A DNA stretch of 64,000 bases from Escherichia phage vB_EcoM_RZ. This document shows positions 18,516 to 27,398 of the stretch, piece by piece (positions within the stretch are counted from its first letter, which is position 1; each line of letters starts with the position of its first letter). Below the pieces are notes generated by a model. The model ran no database searches and was not told the DNA's origin. It saw only the letters and a program-made list of their open reading frames with translations. A program made the translations under genes and the position numbers. Location of the stretch: sequence record MW598459; one strand, 5' to 3'.

Positions 18516-18772
18516 TATGCAACCTTATTGAACATCGCCAGTTGATTAGGTTGTACAACCATAATTTCACGACGACCTTTTGCATTTGACACGTTCAGGT
18601 AGATGCCTTTGTTCATATCAGTTTCTTTATCATATACCGCAATTTTATTGACAGTAAAGATTTTACCACGAATATTTGCAAATGCACATTCAAACGCTTT
18701 AGTCAGACCTGCTTCAGCAGCTTGAAGAGCGGACATTTCATATTGTTGGCCAATTTCAAAAGAAGTAATCAT
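18515..18772 (-). CDS. Hypothetical protein (about 85 aa)
   Basis: ORF trimmed: the first 16 codons of the track ORF translate the conserved leader box and the promoter -10. Confidence 0.45.
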   Translation of the reverse strand: MITSFEIGQQYEMSALQAAEAGLTKAFECAFANIRGKIFTVNKIAVYDKETDMNKGIYLNVSNAKGRREIMVVQPNQLAMFNKVA

Positions 18773-18796
18773 TTTGTTATCCTCATCAGTAGTTGA

Positions 18797-18834
18797 TGAG
18801 ATGATTATGTCTCTTTCCATTGGCCTTGTACACT
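18797..18834 (-). promoter_or_regulatory. T4-type early promoter
   Basis: Minus strand TGTACA (18832-18827), 17 nt, CATAAT (18809-18804), then leader hairpin CTCATCAACTACTGATGAGG. Confidence 0.55.
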
Positions 18835-18839
18835 ACTTT

Positions 18840-19523
18840 TTATCGTTTTTTCGGTAAAGATAACGGGTCTGCATCTTCTTCGGAAGGAACTTCATCTAAA
18901 CCAAGGGCATAGCGCTGGGCATACTTCAACATCAAAATATCTTTCGCGCAGTCATGTACCGAATCGTGCGCCACAAATCCATCTAAAGTCCCTTTCGGTA
19001 ATGGGGTTTCACACATCTTACGGACGAGTGACAAGGCTTCGATGGCTGTCCTGATATCTCGCTGGTTCCAGAATACAACCGGCTCCAGGTCATAGGTATT
19101 CAATTCACGCTCAGGAATCCCCTCATTGCGCTGTAGGTCGCGGATAAGGTCAACAAACAACGGGAAGTCAAAAGACATCCCACGGCACCACATAAGGCTT
19201 TCGTATTTGTTAATTCCATTGCCATTCAGATAGTCAATCGCCTGTTGGATACCGGTCAGAGTATCAACATCATGCGCAGAAGGAACCAGGTTAACACGAG
19301 CTTCTGGTGATTGTTTTTTCCACCAACCCATGGTTGTTGTGTCGAACAGACGTTTTCCTTTTTGGTATTCGAGACTGAACTTAATACGTTTGCCGCGATT
19401 AACCAGAGTTTCGAATGATTCCACAATAGCAGGGTCAGATTCGAATGTAATCAGGGCCAGGTCAATAACGGCCCCCTTCGAGCCGTTTCCCAGAGTTTCA
19501 AAGTCAATAATAGCATCAATCAT
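18840..19523 (-). CDS. dexA: Exonuclease A (DexA)
   Basis: 227 aa; N-terminus MIDAIIDFETLGNGSKGAVIDLA matches recalled T4 DexA (DEDD exonuclease). Confidence 0.88.
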   Translation of the reverse strand: MIDAIIDFETLGNGSKGAVIDLALITFESDPAIVESFETLVNRGKRIKFSLEYQKGKRLFDTTTMGWWKKQSPEARVNLVPSAHDVDTLTGIQQAIDYLNGNGINKYESLMWCRGMSFDFPLFVDLIRDLQRNEGIPERELNTYDLEPVVFWNQRDIRTAIEALSLVRKMCETPLPKGTLDGFVAHDSVHDCAKDILMLKYAQRYALGLDEVPSEEDADPLSLPKKR

Positions 19524-19791
19524 CGCACATCTCTTTTAATTTCTGAATTTCGCCAGCAACATAATCAGAGATAAAAATCCCTGGCTCTTCATTGTTAAAA
19601 TATTCAATCGCGGCCATACGTTTCCGAATAAGGTCCAGTTCCAGTAAAACGTAATTGCCCTGTTGGACGATAGTCGGATTATCTTCGAAAAATTCAACCG
19701 CGTCCTGAATACCATAGATAAGAGTATCTAAATCTTCTTTATGTACTTTATACATAATATGCGTCGTACCTCGCTCGTGTGATTCCAACAT
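19516..19791 (-). CDS. Hypothetical protein (91 aa)
   Basis: ORF between dexA and dda. Confidence 0.4.
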   Translation of the reverse strand: MLESHERGTTHIMYKVHKEDLDTLIYGIQDAVEFFEDNPTIVQQGNYVLLELDLIRKRMAAIEYFNNEEPGIFISDYVAGEIQKLKEMCDD

Positions 19792-21076
19792 AAGCCAACT
19801 GGCTCGCTAATGAAGCTTCGGCCATATGGATGCATGGAGTATAGATGAATGCTTTGTCCACTGAAACGCCCTGGGCCTTGTGGATTGTACTAACCGGAAG
19901 AGCACGAACTTTCAAGAAGGTCCGGCGAGCTTTCCAGAAGTCTTTCCACTCTGGACGTTTACCAGCGGCTTTCATCTGTTTGTATGTGTCAGCAACTTTA
20001 GCCAGATATGCCTGGAATTTCGGTTGCTGGTCTTCTGGTAAAACTTTGATGCGGTCAACCTGATATTCTTCATCTTCATCAATTGACTCAACTTCCAGGT
20101 CCCAGTAATTAATCACCAACTGGTGCGATTCACCTTTACAACGGAGAATGGTGGAAGTGTATTTGCAATCCTTGATGCGAACCAACTGACCATTATTAAA
20201 AATGGTTTCGCTGAATTTCTTACCTTCAAATTCCAGTTCTTTCATGTGTGGCTCTTGCATAACCAGGACTTCATACGGTAAAAATGCTTTATCCGTTTCA
20301 TAGAGCTTACGGCGAATGATATTGTTCAGTTTTTCAACTGATTTATTCGTGTAAGCATACATCCTGTTTTCCATCAACATATCAGCATCTTTTACAATAC
20401 CGAAATAGTTTATCATGAAATCCTTTAAAGCGGTTTGTGAGGTGAAACCCTGTACACCATGACCATCATACATACAGTCACGGAACCAGCCACCATTACG
20501 AATTTCTGTCGCCACTTCAATGATAGGAGCATTGCTTCGCATGACCTCAGTCAGATGAATCTGTTTGAACTTAGGATGCGTAAAGAATGGACTTATCTTT
20601 TGTTGTGTGCTTCCTGGGTCAACTGGCTGCAGCTGGTGCATATCACCAATCCCAAGAATAGTACACCATTCAGGAACAGAGTTAAGAATAATCTTAAACA
20701 GAGACCCGTCATACATACTTGCTTCATCACAAACCAGAACATTGCATTTTGACATGTCAGGCATTTCGCGCTGTTCAAAAACGTTTTGGTCTTCATATGT
20801 GGTCGGGTTAATCTTCAGAATACTATGGATTGTATTCGCCGTTTGACCAGACAATTTAGATAGAACCTTTTTTGCCTGGTGAGTTGGTGCAGCAAGCACA
20901 ATTCCCATAACTCCATTACGCACTAAATGGTCAATGACAAATTTTGTCAGAGTAGTTTTACCTGTACCAGCTGGACCATTCAGAGTGATACATTCCCCTG
21001 AACGTCGCTGAATAGCTTCAGTGATATAATCAAAAGCTTCTTTTTGTCCTGTGTTCAAGTCTTCAAATTTAATCAT
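19748..21076 (-). CDS. dda: Dda DNA helicase (SF1)
   Basis: 442 aa; Walker A NGPAGTGKTTLTKF; matches recalled T4 Dda. Confidence 0.93.
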   Translation of the reverse strand: MIKFEDLNTGQKEAFDYITEAIQRRSGECITLNGPAGTGKTTLTKFVIDHLVRNGVMGIVLAAPTHQAKKVLSKLSGQTANTIHSILKINPTTYEDQNVFEQREMPDMSKCNVLVCDEASMYDGSLFKIILNSVPEWCTILGIGDMHQLQPVDPGSTQQKISPFFTHPKFKQIHLTEVMRSNAPIIEVATEIRNGGWFRDCMYDGHGVQGFTSQTALKDFMINYFGIVKDADMLMENRMYAYTNKSVEKLNNIIRRKLYETDKAFLPYEVLVMQEPHMKELEFEGKKFSETIFNNGQLVRIKDCKYTSTILRCKGESHQLVINYWDLEVESIDEDEEYQVDRIKVLPEDQQPKFQAYLAKVADTYKQMKAAGKRPEWKDFWKARRTFLKVRALPVSTIHKAQGVSVDKAFIYTPCIHMAEASLASQLAYVGITRARYDAYYV

Positions 21077-21372
21077 GCCAATTTTACTCGCTTAACATAT
21101 AAAGTATATAAAACCTGTTTCAATTCTCGTGCGTGTTCTTCAGTAGGAAAAACAGTTTTTGTTTCCCGCTTATCAAACCACCATTTTCTGGGAATATACC
21201 GTGTTTCAATACGTCCCATGCGTAAATAGCGGTTTGTAGTATATGAATAGTTGGCAAGTTCATACTCTGCGCCCGGTTTTGTGGTGTATAAGGTAACCTT
21301 TCCATCATACTCCAATGGGCGTTCAAAACCATCTTTATCTTTGTGAACCAGCACATATGCGTAGTACATCAC
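21073..21372 (-). CDS. Hypothetical protein (99 aa)
   Basis: ORF with overlap to dda. Confidence 0.45.
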   Translation of the reverse strand: MMYYAYVLVHKDKDGFERPLEYDGKVTLYTTKPGAEYELANYSYTTNRYLRMGRIETRYIPRKWWFDKRETKTVFPTEEHARELKQVLYTLYVKRVKLA

Positions 21373-21373
21373 A

Positions 21374-22120
21374 TTAACCTCTAATCAGTTTAAAAATTGA
21401 CGCGTTCAAAGGTAGACCACGTTTCAGTTTTAATTTACCAATAAAACCAATCTTCTCAAAACGCTCAAGACCTTGAATGATTTTATCATAGCAATCAAAA
21501 AGCGTTTCAGCATCAGTTAATTTCTTGGTAACTTTCCAGTCATTACCTTTGAGCAGGACGTTCAATTTAGTAAGCTCATGACCTTCCGCAACACGGGAAC
21601 CATCAATGCGAGCCTTCAGAGCAACCATTTTTAATTGGTTTTCTTTGGACTGCTCTGATTTACTCATTTGAGCATAATGTTTAACGCGGTTCTCACGTTT
21701 GTGCTGGATGTTCTTTATATGAGTATATGACTTTTTAATCTGTTCCCATTTCTCTGCAGTCAGATTTAACTTTTCAATCTTCTTGACGGACGGACGAGCA
21801 ATTTTTACAGCAACATCATCGCGACGTTGTTTAAGCTCATCCAGGGACCAATCAGAACGCATGGTATTGTATTTCTTTTTAACAGGAATAACATTACCTT
21901 TGATATAACCAATATCATTGTTAAAACGCTCTAATGATAACTTCTCACCTTCAATAGAGTTATTAAATGTCTCACCAGAATAAGCACAAACTTTTTGGTC
22001 AAGAATGTTAACCAGATAATTAAAATCCAGGTTAAAGTCTTTACCGCGACGTTTAGCGGAAGCTTGAGTGTGTTCCAGACGACGTTTAACTTTCAGCGTT
22101 TTGGTTTTTGATAAAGTCAT
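21374..22120 (-). CDS. Hypothetical protein (248 aa); srd-like by position and size only
   Basis: ORF between dda.1 and modA positions. Confidence 0.45.
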   Translation of the reverse strand: MTLSKTKTLKVKRRLEHTQASAKRRGKDFNLDFNYLVNILDQKVCAYSGETFNNSIEGEKLSLERFNNDIGYIKGNVIPVKKKYNTMRSDWSLDELKQRRDDVAVKIARPSVKKIEKLNLTAEKWEQIKKSYTHIKNIQHKRENRVKHYAQMSKSEQSKENQLKMVALKARIDGSRVAEGHELTKLNVLLKGNDWKVTKKLTDAETLFDCYDKIIQGLERFEKIGFIGKLKLKRGLPLNASIFKLIRG

Positions 22121-22159
22121 GATATTTTTCTCATCTTACGGACGATTGAAAACTCAGTA

Positions 22160-22196
22160 TGAAATCATTATACACTATTCATCTTTTATGTACACT
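22160..22196 (-). promoter_or_regulatory. T4-type early promoter
   Basis: Minus strand TGTACA, 15 nt, TATAAT, leader GATTTCATACTGAG. Confidence 0.45.
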
Positions 22197-22276
22197 ACTT
22201 TTTCACCTTTAACGCTTTTATTTTTACTGTGTATAATGGTTCTAAGGTCTTTGGCCTTTTGTTAACCCAGAATACT

Positions 22277-22891
22277 TCAGTAAGAAAGAACGGAAAGATT
22301 CCATAATTTATAGTCTTCCCATCTATAAATGCTCTCAATAGAGTCCACGCGTAGCGTAGTTCCCGCAGGGAACATCATCTCATCTTCATCATTTACTAAT
22401 TGCAAGTTTGAAGAACGAGTTATTTCAGGATATAGTCCGTTGAACTCTTCAGGAGGTGCCGCACAAATCATTTTAAAAATCGCTTCCTGATAATCAAATG
22501 CGAATGGTGCATCATTAATACAGAAAATATTTTTGGTTCCATAGAAGCTAAAGGAAGCAAAGTTACGCGCAACACTGAAATCTTTGGAGAAACTCATTAC
22601 ACGGTCAAACTCAATCGTAGCACCAACACATCCTACGGTTTCAAGATATGCCAAAGTTTTCTTAGAAATCCCGCGATATAACTTACCAGGCACAGCAGAA
22701 GTCAAATTCTTACGAATAATTTTGTTCAAAGTTTCCTGGATAGTGTCTGGCTTATTTTCCATACACTGCCAGAGTGTACTCTGTTCCAACTCAGAGTAAA
22801 TTTCATCAATTTCAATCTGGGTATTTTCACGAAAATATTCACATTTAACTGCATTGATGTACTCTGCTAATTGGTGACTTGCGTACAGCAT
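22277..22891 (-). CDS. modA: ADP-ribosyltransferase, ModA-like
   Basis: R-S-E type motifs: YRGIS, MSFSKDFSVARNF, acidic EDEMMFPAGT; start trimmed past the leader-box translation. Confidence 0.65.
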   Translation of the reverse strand: MLYASHQLAEYINAVKCEYFRENTQIEIDEIYSELEQSTLWQCMENKPDTIQETLNKIIRKNLTSAVPGKLYRGISKKTLAYLETVGCVGATIEFDRVMSFSKDFSVARNFASFSFYGTKNIFCINDAPFAFDYQEAIFKMICAAPPEEFNGLYPEITRSSNLQLVNDEDEMMFPAGTTLRVDSIESIYRWEDYKLWNLSVLSY

Positions 22892-22935
22892 TTTATTATC
22901 CTCATCAGTAGTTGATAGGAACATCTTAACGTGTC

Positions 22936-23496
22936 TTATTGCTCTTGTACACAGTCAAGAACATAATAATCACCAACAAATCCAGCATCAACCACCACGA
23001 ATTTCTGGTCAACTGGAACAAACCATTCAAGCTCAGAATCAATCATGTCCATGTATTCTTCACGTCTTAACGTTGCTGCCTGTTTGGAACCAGAGGCTGT
23101 ATTGAAGAATTCCAGTGGAACATCAAGCGCGATTTTGCGCATCGCATCATGGTAACAAAAAGCTTTTGTATGATTTAATCTTATGATAGTCCTTGACACA
23201 TATTCCATTGCAGCAAAATCCCTGGCAATACCATAGTCTTCTGTAAAGGAGGTTATCCTTCCAAATTCAAAAGGTTGCATTGATTTTTTTGCTTCATCTA
23301 ACAAATCAATCTCTTGTTGGGTAACCCCACGATACAAGACTGTATCAGGTACAGATAACCTTGACTTGATGATTGAGTTAACGTTTGAATGCAAGGTCTT
23401 ATCAACCTTTGATGTGCGGCATTCAAATAATGAAGATATCTCCATTTCACTAAATTTTAACTGGTTGGGTTCGGTATCAGATTTGATGATGTTCAT
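22936..23496 (-). CDS. modB: ADP-ribosyltransferase, ModB-like (tandem paralog)
   Basis: YRGVT, ITSFTEDYGIARDF, SELEWFVP motifs. Confidence 0.65.
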   Translation of the reverse strand: MNIIKSDTEPNQLKFSEMEISSLFECRTSKVDKTLHSNVNSIIKSRLSVPDTVLYRGVTQQEIDLLDEAKKSMQPFEFGRITSFTEDYGIARDFAAMEYVSRTIIRLNHTKAFCYHDAMRKIALDVPLEFFNTASGSKQAATLRREEYMDMIDSELEWFVPVDQKFVVVDAGFVGDYYVLDCVQEQ

Positions 23497-23552
23497 AATG
23501 GCCTCTCTGTTGTAAGAAAGACCATTATGTCATTAGGAGGGGAGTAAGTAAA

Positions 23553-23807
23553 CTACTTAAATACTCCAAGTGGGACGCCAAAGACTGCAATGTCTACGGC
23601 CATGCCAATCGGAGATTGATATGATGAGTAAGAACTTTTCGATTCTGTCGGGCGTTTGACTTTAATTGTCTCGGATTCAGTCTTAATCCTTTGTAAGCGA
23701 TTAATTTTTTGTTGCTCAATTTCCTTATGAGCGTGTTTACGGTCGATATCCAGCGCCGATGTGGGAATATTTGTTAACCAGTTCATCGTTTCACCCATGG
23801 TGCCCAT
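23553..23807 (-). CDS. Hypothetical protein (84 aa)
   Basis: ORF; hydrophobic C-terminus. Confidence 0.4.
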   Translation of the reverse strand: MGTMGETMNWLTNIPTSALDIDRKHAHKEIEQQKINRLQRIKTESETIKVKRPTESKSSYSSYQSPIGMAVDIAVFGVPLGVFK

Positions 23808-23961
23808 GGAGGTGGGTCGTCGTAATATGAGGCCAGGTCGCGTAGAACTTCCATTGGGAGACTAAAACCATGCTTCTGTATAATCGCATCAAGTTCGTCA
23901 ACTAGGTCCACACGGGCTTCCGTAGGAGCTTTAGGCTCTTCAAAAAGTTCAAATAAATCCA

Positions 23962-24444
23962 TTAGTAGCCACCGATAGGACCGTAACCATACATACGAGC
24001 ACGCATTTTAGTATCTTGAATAGCTTCTTCTGTTAAAGTAAAGCGTAGACCAATATCAAAGTGCTTCCAAATCTGACGTTCGACTTCAGCAAGGTCGTCG
24101 GTAGTGGAAATCAGATATGTGCGACCTTGAAGACGTTCAGTGGCCATTTTATCTCTATCTTTATAGAAAATGATATCTTCGCCATAAAGGTCCGGGTGAC
24201 GATACCCTTTGATGTGCAGAGCTTCAGAAACAGTAAACGGACACCCTTCGGCAACATCAACGTTTTTTCTATGAAATACCTTCAGCATAACGTTTTCTGG
24301 CATCGTCAGGTTCATTAATTTTGTTTCCAACGCAGTGACCGAATCCATGCCATTGTAAACCATGATAAGACATGCGGTAGCATCGTAAGGTCGTGTTTGA
24401 CCTGCCGAATCACGGACATAGAATTCTAATTCGTATACTTTCAT
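23962..24444 (-). CDS. Hypothetical protein (160 aa)
   Basis: ORF in minus-strand array. Confidence 0.45.
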   Translation of the reverse strand: MKVYELEFYVRDSAGQTRPYDATACLIMVYNGMDSVTALETKLMNLTMPENVMLKVFHRKNVDVAEGCPFTVSEALHIKGYRHPDLYGEDIIFYKDRDKMATERLQGRTYLISTTDDLAEVERQIWKHFDIGLRFTLTEEAIQDTKMRARMYGYGPIGGY

Positions 24445-24586
24445 AATGATTTCCTCTTACCAACTAATGGACCATCAGGAACTTTATTTTCCTTGATGTA
24501 CTTTTCGTTTTCTTCCATCATTTTACTGCCAATTTTCAAAAGCAAATCCAGTGCTTCTTTTGCTCGGCGTTCAGCATCTTCTTGTG

Positions 24587-24781
24587 TCATGATTTATCTC
24601 CGTAGATATCACGCATCAGTTTAAGCGCTGCTCGTTCGGTCTTCTTTTCCTGCATGGCTTTAAGCCCCGTAGCAGCCCATTCTTCAGCTTCGCGCTGCAT
24701 TTCTTCTTCGGCTCTGGCCACCCAGGAATCATCAATTCCTGGGGTAACCAACCAATCTTTAAGCCAACTTGTAATTCTCAT
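24587..24781 (-). CDS. Hypothetical protein (64 aa)
   Basis: ORF in minus-strand array. Confidence 0.4.
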   Translation of the reverse strand: MRITSWLKDWLVTPGIDDSWVARAEEEMQREAEEWAATGLKAMQEKKTERAALKLMRDIYGDKS

Positions 24782-25123
24782 TTAATCACACGAGCTGGAA
24801 GACGAATCACAGCTTCCTGAATCATAGGAGGAATAAGACGAATCACCAGTCCACGAACTAACTGCGGCAGCGGTGACCACAATCGAAGCAGTATCGATAC
24901 TGCTTTGCGCTTGAGTTCTTTGTTCTTGCAGTCGAGTTAAACGTTTTTGTAAGTCTTCTTCTGACATTGTAGAATATAGGTCTTTTGATTTCGATTTGAC
25001 CACTTCTTCCATCATGCCATCACCCATGTAAACATATTCTCTTAGCTTGACATCTGGTAGGCTAACAGGAACCACACCTTCGCCCGGTTTGGTCTTGAAC
25101 AAATTCTTGAGCCAACTAATCAT
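24782..25123 (-). CDS. Hypothetical protein with Ser-rich C-terminal tail (113 aa)
   Basis: ORF; tail SSYSSYDSGSCDSSSSSCD. Confidence 0.4.
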   Translation of the reverse strand: MISWLKNLFKTKPGEGVVPVSLPDVKLREYVYMGDGMMEEVVKSKSKDLYSTMSEEDLQKRLTRLQEQRTQAQSSIDTASIVVTAAAVSSWTGDSSYSSYDSGSCDSSSSSCD

Positions 25124-25317
25124 AGGAAACCTCGTTTAAATTCAACTTGACCATCATCATAACGGATTTCAATATTGAATTCTAAAGAGTCATCGTCATG
25201 CATCATGAATGAATGTACGATAACTTCATCAAACACACCCAGACCATACTTAAAATGGACATCATGAGCAATAATTTCATCTAAAGCTTTGTTTGGTTTA
25301 ATCCAACGGTTTAACAT
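25120..25317 (-). CDS. Hypothetical protein (65 aa)
   Basis: ORF in minus-strand array. Confidence 0.4.
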   Translation of the reverse strand: MLNRWIKPNKALDEIIAHDVHFKYGLGVFDEVIVHSFMMHDDDSLEFNIEIRYDDGQVEFKRGFL

Positions 25318-25361
25318 AGTATTCTCCTCTGTAATTGAAATAATTATACCACTTCTATTAA

Positions 25362-25390
25362 AAGCAAAAAGGGAACCCGAAGGTTCCCTA
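25362..25390 (-). terminator. Rho-independent terminator downstream of soc
   Basis: GGGAACCC-GAA-GGTTCCC hairpin followed by T-run on the minus strand. Confidence 0.6.
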
Positions 25391-25393
25391 TAA

Positions 25394-25627
25394 TTAAACT
25401 ACTGGGGTAGGCGTAAACATCGCCGCGTTCTTAGTTCGCCAATCAGCTGCACTAGACGCTACGGTGACATAAGCGGCCTTTTCGGAAGGAAAAGTCTGAT
25501 AGTGTGCATTCGCAATACGATGCTCATTTGAATAGATTTCAAACGGAACAGATACTTCAACACCTTTAACTTCTTTACCTTCACCAGCTGGATGCGTAAA
25601 GGTTTTGATATTAACGAAACCACCCAT
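25394..25627 (-). CDS. soc: Small outer capsid protein Soc
   Basis: 77 aa; VNIKTF...ANAHYQTFPSEKAAY matches recalled T4 Soc. Confidence 0.85.
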   Translation of the reverse strand: MGGFVNIKTFTHPAGEGKEVKGVEVSVPFEIYSNEHRIANAHYQTFPSEKAAYVTVASSAADWRTKNAAMFTPTPVV

Positions 25628-25668
25628 AATTAACTCCTTTGTTGTTTAATTACGGGTGTATTTATAAC

Positions 25669-26205
25669 TTAATAACCCCGGTCCTGACGAGCAAAGTTCT
25701 CGGCATTTTTCAGGTAATACAGTTTAAAGATTTCTTCTGCAGTCAGTCCAAGGCCGTGGAACATGTTCAGAACAAAGTGCAGGATATCAATCATCTCAAA
25801 TTTAATTTCGAGCTGGTCTTCGGGAGACAACTCATCAATACGACGATTACGGAATTCAGCATGTTGGACTTTCCAAGGCTTCCATACACTAGATGCAGCT
25901 TTCTCGCCATTAGACATACCACCGAGAGAAGTCAGAAGTTCACGGAATTCGTCGTCGACATAATCTTTCTGGTTACGAAGCCATGCAACAACATCACCTG
26001 CAGTAGCCAATTCATCTGGATGTGAGTTATATTCTGGTTTTTCAGTAGCCAGACGAACTTGCAATGATTTCTGCATATCAAGCATAATCTGCAGCGGGTC
26101 AGTACCTTTTGTAATCGCATTGTCATAAGCTTCTTCAGCTTTATCAACACCAGCAATCAGTTGGGAACACTCGTTAAAATGAGCCATTATATTTTTCCTT
26201 ATCAA
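25669..26205 (-). CDS. 56: dCTP pyrophosphatase gp56 (MazG-like)
   Basis: 178 aa; position next to soc; similarity to recalled T4 gp56. Confidence 0.8.
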   Translation of the reverse strand: MIRKNIMAHFNECSQLIAGVDKAEEAYDNAITKGTDPLQIMLDMQKSLQVRLATEKPEYNSHPDELATAGDVVAWLRNQKDYVDDEFRELLTSLGGMSNGEKAASSVWKPWKVQHAEFRNRRIDELSPEDQLEIKFEMIDILHFVLNMFHGLGLTAEEIFKLYYLKNAENFARQDRGY

Positions 26206-26271
26206 TTCATATTGTTTGTATGTTAATTATATCGTATTGGTTTGAAGCATAAATACAAGAAAGGAGGATGT

Positions 26272-26469
26272 ATGCTCAAACTATCTAGTCTAATTCAAGC
26301 CATCAAAGGCAGTCGTAAGCGAACGATTCTGGTCCTTTCGATACTCTGTTTTGTTCTACTCTGGAATTTCATTGTTGCCCCTATTGCATTGGCACATGGT
26401 GTTATATTGCCAGTCGTCGCGCTCGAATCAGTTGTAGATGTTTCACTAGCATTAATCGGCCTTATATAG
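26272..26469 (+). CDS. Small membrane protein on the plus strand (65 aa)
   Basis: Strong SD AAAGGAGG 6 nt before ATG 26272; hydrophobic; ORF 26242-26469 trimmed to the SD-linked ATG. Confidence 0.5.
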   Translation: MLKLSSLIQAIKGSRKRTILVLSILCFVLLWNFIVAPIALAHGVILPVVALESVVDVSLALIGLI

Positions 26470-26648
26470 GTGGAACTATGTGAACATTATTCTATCGGAT
26501 TTGGAAATTAACCAGTAAGAAAAGCCCATGATGTTTCTCTGTGGAACTTACTGGTTGTGCCTATCGCTGCAACACAAGGGGTGCACTTACCTCAGGTCAC
26601 AACGGAACATATCCATTCCATCATCGGTTACTTTACCGGAATCCCTTC

Positions 26649-27398
26649 CTAAACTTTTGCGTACTTCCAAAAATGGCCGTTTGACCTATACATTCGGCCT
26701 GTCTTTTTATTTCTTTTACAAGCTGTGTATATATTTTGAGTATTGCCCGCCAATTGTAATAATTCCTTTGCCTCAGCTCCCGAATTATACTTTTCAAGTA
26801 TATTACCAAATTCATCGCATCTACAAACCGGTGTTCCAGTTGCCTTTCGGCATGCTTCTCGGCGCAACTTTTTCGTTTCTTCGGTTTGCGGATTTTCTTT
26901 AAATCGTCTCATTTGTGCATCGCGATTCTTTTGCCGTTGTTCATCAGTAATTGGATTATTTTGATAATACAATTTTAATGAGTTGGCTATTTTGCTTTTG
27001 GTTTTATCAGACACAGGGTGGTCGTTATGTCGCTTGTGTAAAGCAATTAACATTTTGTCTTTAAACTCGGATTGACTCCATAAGTTTGACATATGTTCAC
27101 TAACGGCTTTACTATGTTCTTTTCGCATCCATTCATATTTTGCGCTATCAAATTTGTCACCACACATCCGGTGTATAGCAAACATTAATTTAGAAAGTCG
27201 ATAAATTTTAAAAAGTAACAAATGCGCAATAAAATGTTCTCTTGCTGATAACAATACCAAATTATCTTCGGTGTCAGGCCCACCCAAACACCTTGGTAGT
27301 ATATGATGGGACTCCGTATAAAATGGGATATTCTTTTTGTTTAGGCCCCTTGCGAGGCCTTTGTCTATTAATTTATTATATAATTTTAGATAATTCAT
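26649..27398 (-). mobile_element. HNH homing endonuclease gene (249 aa)
   Basis: N-terminal ESHHILPRCLGGPDTEDNLVLLSAREHFIAH HNH motif; C-terminal helix-turn-helix-like DNA-binding repeats; inserted between 56 and 61. Confidence 0.8.

Noticed and set aside
18773-18820. N-terminal extensions of the kind MERDIIISSTTDEDNK on several track ORFs
   Set aside because: They are translations of the conserved leader box and the promoter -10 region. The true starts are the Met immediately after the box, which has a proper SD. The same applies at 22892-22924.
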